Origin: Candidatus Hydrothermales bacterium | GTDB lineage: Bacteria > Hydrothermota > Hydrothermia > Hydrothermales > JAJRUZ01 | DNA: 64,000 nt | Reading direction: 5' to 3' | Assembly: GCA_039630575.1 (NCBI GenBank) | Contig: JBCNUW010000002.1 | Coordinates: forward strand, 1-64,000 | In this document: one piece after another, positions 61,661-64,000 of the stretch | Layout of the letters: each line of letters opens with the position of its first letter | How positions within the stretch are numbered: the first letter of the stretch is position 1 | Notes under the pieces: model-generated | Seen by the model: the letters and a program-made list of their open reading frames with translations, nothing else | What the model was told of the DNA's origin: nothing | Database searches by the model: none | Position numbers and translations under genes: made by a program

Positions 61661-64000
61661 TTATTTTAATTACATATTCATCTGAATGGGCAAATATATC
61701 AGGGAAGTACATTAAACTTCCTTTTGCAGGCATTACATGAAACCTTCCCGGTAAATAAGTTCTTAAAATATAAGAGAATTCATAAGTTCCAGGATAAAGT
61801 CTTGTCCTGAAAAAGGCAATCCTATCATCATGAATTTCTTCTCCTATCCAGTCCCAATCCCATCCATCGTAATCATAGTAATAATCACCACGATATTTAC
61901 TTTCTCCTTCTATATAAAATCTTTCTCTTTCCTTTTCAACCTCGCAGCCAGCTGGAAGCGGATCTTCAAGCATGAAGTATTCCATTTCACTGTTACATTG
62001 AACTTTTATCTTCACAAAAAGATATTCTCCCTTTTTTGTGTATCCATAAAATGGTATCTTTTTATATATAATTTTATTTCCTTCTCTTATAGGCTGAAGT
62101 CTCCATATCTCCTTCAAAACTTTAAATTCTGCTCCACCAGCTTTTATATTTTCTTCAGTTGAATAATATTTCACAAAGAAAGAATAAAGAATTTCACCTT
62201 TTCCGGATTTTTCAAAAACTATCTTATTTTTTCCTTTACTTAAAATATCTGTAGGAATAATTTTAGGTGAATTATATTCATTTATATTTTCTCTTTTTAT
62301 AGTATAATTACCGAAATTTCTATCATTTATCTTTAAATTTAAAGAAAGGTCAAAATCAAATAATCCTCTTTTTTCCATATACTCTCCAAGAGAAATTATC
62401 GTTGAAGATGTTGTTATTGTTGAATGCCACATTGCTCCTTTCCTTTTATTTAAAAGATAAAAAGAAAGCCTTGTACAAAATTCATCGTTTGGAATATAAT
62501 AGAGGCTTGACAAGAGAGCTTTAGAAGTCACAAAAAGAGGATCAGCGTAGATTGTTCCATGGTTTGATTTTAAAAACATATCTTGAAAATAAGAAACTCC
62601 ATTAACATTTATTGCCATTTCTTTTAATTTTGAAAAATAAATCTCACCCTGTTTTTTATCCTGTGAAAGAATTAAAGAAATAAGTGAAATAATATATGGG
62701 CTTTCAATCTTTCCAACTAAATACTTCTCTATATCCTCCTTTTTAATCCTTTCATAAAAAGATAATGAATAAAGTAAAAAGGCCTTATCGTAATCCGATA
62801 AGTTTTCTTGTTCTAGAAATTCTTTTAATTTTTTTACTCCTTTCTGTATTACCTCATCATTAACCCTATATCCTGTTCTTTTTAAAAGACCGAGTCCATA
62901 TAAAACATAGGCAGTATTAAAAGGATGTGATTCGTCGTTTTCCCACCATCCCCATCCACCATCGGCGTGCTGGAAAGTATAAAGTCTCTGGAGTCCTTTC
63001 TCAATCATTTTTGGTAGTTCTTTCGTAAATAAAGGATCTTTTACACCTGCTTTCTCTATAATATCTTTAACAGCTACATTTGGTAAAAATTTGCTCATCG
63101 TCTGCTCAACGCATCCATAGGGATAACCAATTAATTCCTTTAATGAAGAAAAAACTGCATTTTGGTATGAGGGAGAAATATAAAGAGCAGAGGAAAAATT
63201 TTCAATATCTTCTGGTATCTCAAATTCAATTTCACTTTTGTCATTTTTAAGGATATTTGAGATTGATAAAATTTTTTCCATTCCGTGTGGTAAAATAGGA
63301 ATTTTAAGATTTAGGGCATCATAAGAATTTTTTCCTTTTGCGATAAGCGTAAAATCTGCAATTCCTGGTTTTGCTGCATAAACTTTAAAATTAGTAGATT
63401 TTAAACCTCCAGGTAAAACCTCACCCACACTTACATCCTCTTTCCCAAGAAGTTCAACACCCCTTGCATCAATTTGAAAATTAATATAATCTTTTTTATC
63501 CTGATAATTGTGGACTATTCCCTTTATTTCCACAGTGTCTCTTTCTCTTAAAAATCTTGGCAAAATAAGCCTTGCGAGTAAATCCTTTGAAACAATAAAC
63601 TTATGTTCCTCTTCACCGAATTTATCTTTAACTTTTGCTTTCACTCTTATTCTCCATGTAGTTAAATTGTCAGGAAGTTTTATTTCAAACTCTGCTTCAC
63701 CATTTTTGTCTGTACTTCTTCGTAAAACACAAAAGGCTAAATCTTTAAATTCCTTTCTTATCATCATTTCTTCACCTATACCCTTCATTGCAAATCTGGG
63801 ATAGGTTTCCAAGTCCTTTTTTGCTAAATGGTAAAGAAAATCTTTTTTTCTAACTCCCTCTTCCTCAAATAGGTAACCTACTTCCCAAAAATTCCAAGAT
63901 GATGAAGAATTACAGGAACTATAAATTCCTTTCTGTGGGTAGAAAAAAAAGAAGATGTCCTCTTCAAGGGGTCTCTGGAGAGAAAAAAGAGCCTCATCAA
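61653..64000 (-). CDS. Bacterial alpha-2-macroglobulin, 5' end outside the window
   Basis: LPDNLTTWR, PRFLR..D, thioester motif YPYGCVEQ, QHADGGWGWW, EDPLPAG, PGRFHVMPA. Frame is open upstream of 63812 to the window edge (DEALFSL...). Confidence 0.93.
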   Translation of the reverse strand, partial: DEALFSLQRPLEEDIFFFFYPQKGIYSSCNSSSSWNFWEVGYLFEEEGVRKKDFLYHLAKKDLETYPRFAMKGIGEEMMIRKEFKDLAFCVLRRSTDKNGEAEFEIKLPDNLTTWRIRVKAKVKDKFGEEEHKFIVSKDLLARLILPRFLRERDTVEIKGIVHNYQDKKDYINFQIDARGVELLGKEDVSVGEVLPGGLKSTNFKVYAAKPGIADFTLIAKGKNSYDALNLKIPILPHGMEKILSISNILKNDKSEIEFEIPEDIENFSSALYISPSYQNAVFSSLKELIGYPYGCVEQTMSKFLPNVAVKDIIEKAGVKDPLFTKELPKMIEKGLQRLYTFQHADGGWGWWENDESHPFNTAYVLYGLGLLKRTGYRVNDEVIQKGVKKLKEFLEQENLSDYDKAFLLYSLSFYERIKKEDIEKYLVGKIESPYIISLISLILSQDKKQGEIYFSKLKEMAINVNGVSYFQDMFLKSNHGTIYADPLFVTSKALLSSLYYIPNDEFCTRLSFYLLNKRKGAMWHSTITTSSTIISLGEYMEKRGLFDFDLSLNLKINDRNFGNYTIKRENINEYNSPKIIPTDILSKGKNKIVFEKSGKGEILYSFFVKYYSTEENIKAGGAEFKVLKEIWRLQPIREGNKIIYKKIPFYGYTKKGEYLFVKIKVQCNSEMEYFMLEDPLPAGCEVEKERERFYIEGESKYRGDYYYDYDGWDWDWIGEEIHDDRIAFFRTRLYPGTYEFSYILRTYLPGRFHVMPAKGSLMYFPDIFAHSDEYVIKISE

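Noticed and set aside
1295..63804. Many 60-156 aa ORFs antisense or out of frame within long genes (for example 7256-7651, 16666-17136, 27478-27921)
   Set aside because: Shadow ORFs of well-supported genes, with no motifs or start signals.
1..64000. CRISPR arrays, tRNA, rRNA, riboswitches, IS elements, integrases
   Set aside because: No long regularly spaced repeats, no GC-rich structured tracts and no transposase or recombinase motifs were seen by eye; a covariance-model search could still find small RNAs.

Overview
AT-rich bacterial chromosome segment, about 55 CDSs, standard code 11. I saw no rRNA, tRNA, CRISPR array or intact mobile element. A PorV-family gene and five proteins with type IX secretion (T9SS)-type C-terminal tails point to a diderm of FCB affinity. 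Together with genes typical of thermophiles (superoxide reductase, Ogg2, DUF1122, IPCT-like transferase, GH57 enzymes), this suggests a thermophilic WOR-3-like organism; that assignment is inference, not a database result. The main candidate for an undescribed system is an alpha-glucan uptake locus with no SusC/SusD or LamB (about 5.5-27 kb, plus a satellite at 54.9-56.9 kb). It encodes a CBM48-fused outer-membrane barrel, a second related barrel, a T9SS-tailed divergent GH57, a periplasmic 2xCBM48-GH57, three T9SS-tailed DOMON-like proteins, a PorP/PorV-like barrel and a split sugar ABC transporter. Other content: an oxidative-stress cluster; a small protein ending in CxxCH; an ECF sigma/anti-sigma/pseudo-HtrA operon with a visible ECF promoter; lysine/DAP genes; a ferredoxin-linked and a lipoate-linked 2-oxoacid oxidation system side by side; uvrB; an alpha-2-macroglobulin/PBP/SpoIID operon; and a decayed AT-rich island. 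Many first genes have a -10 box only 5-8 nt before the ATG, which suggests leaderless mRNAs.
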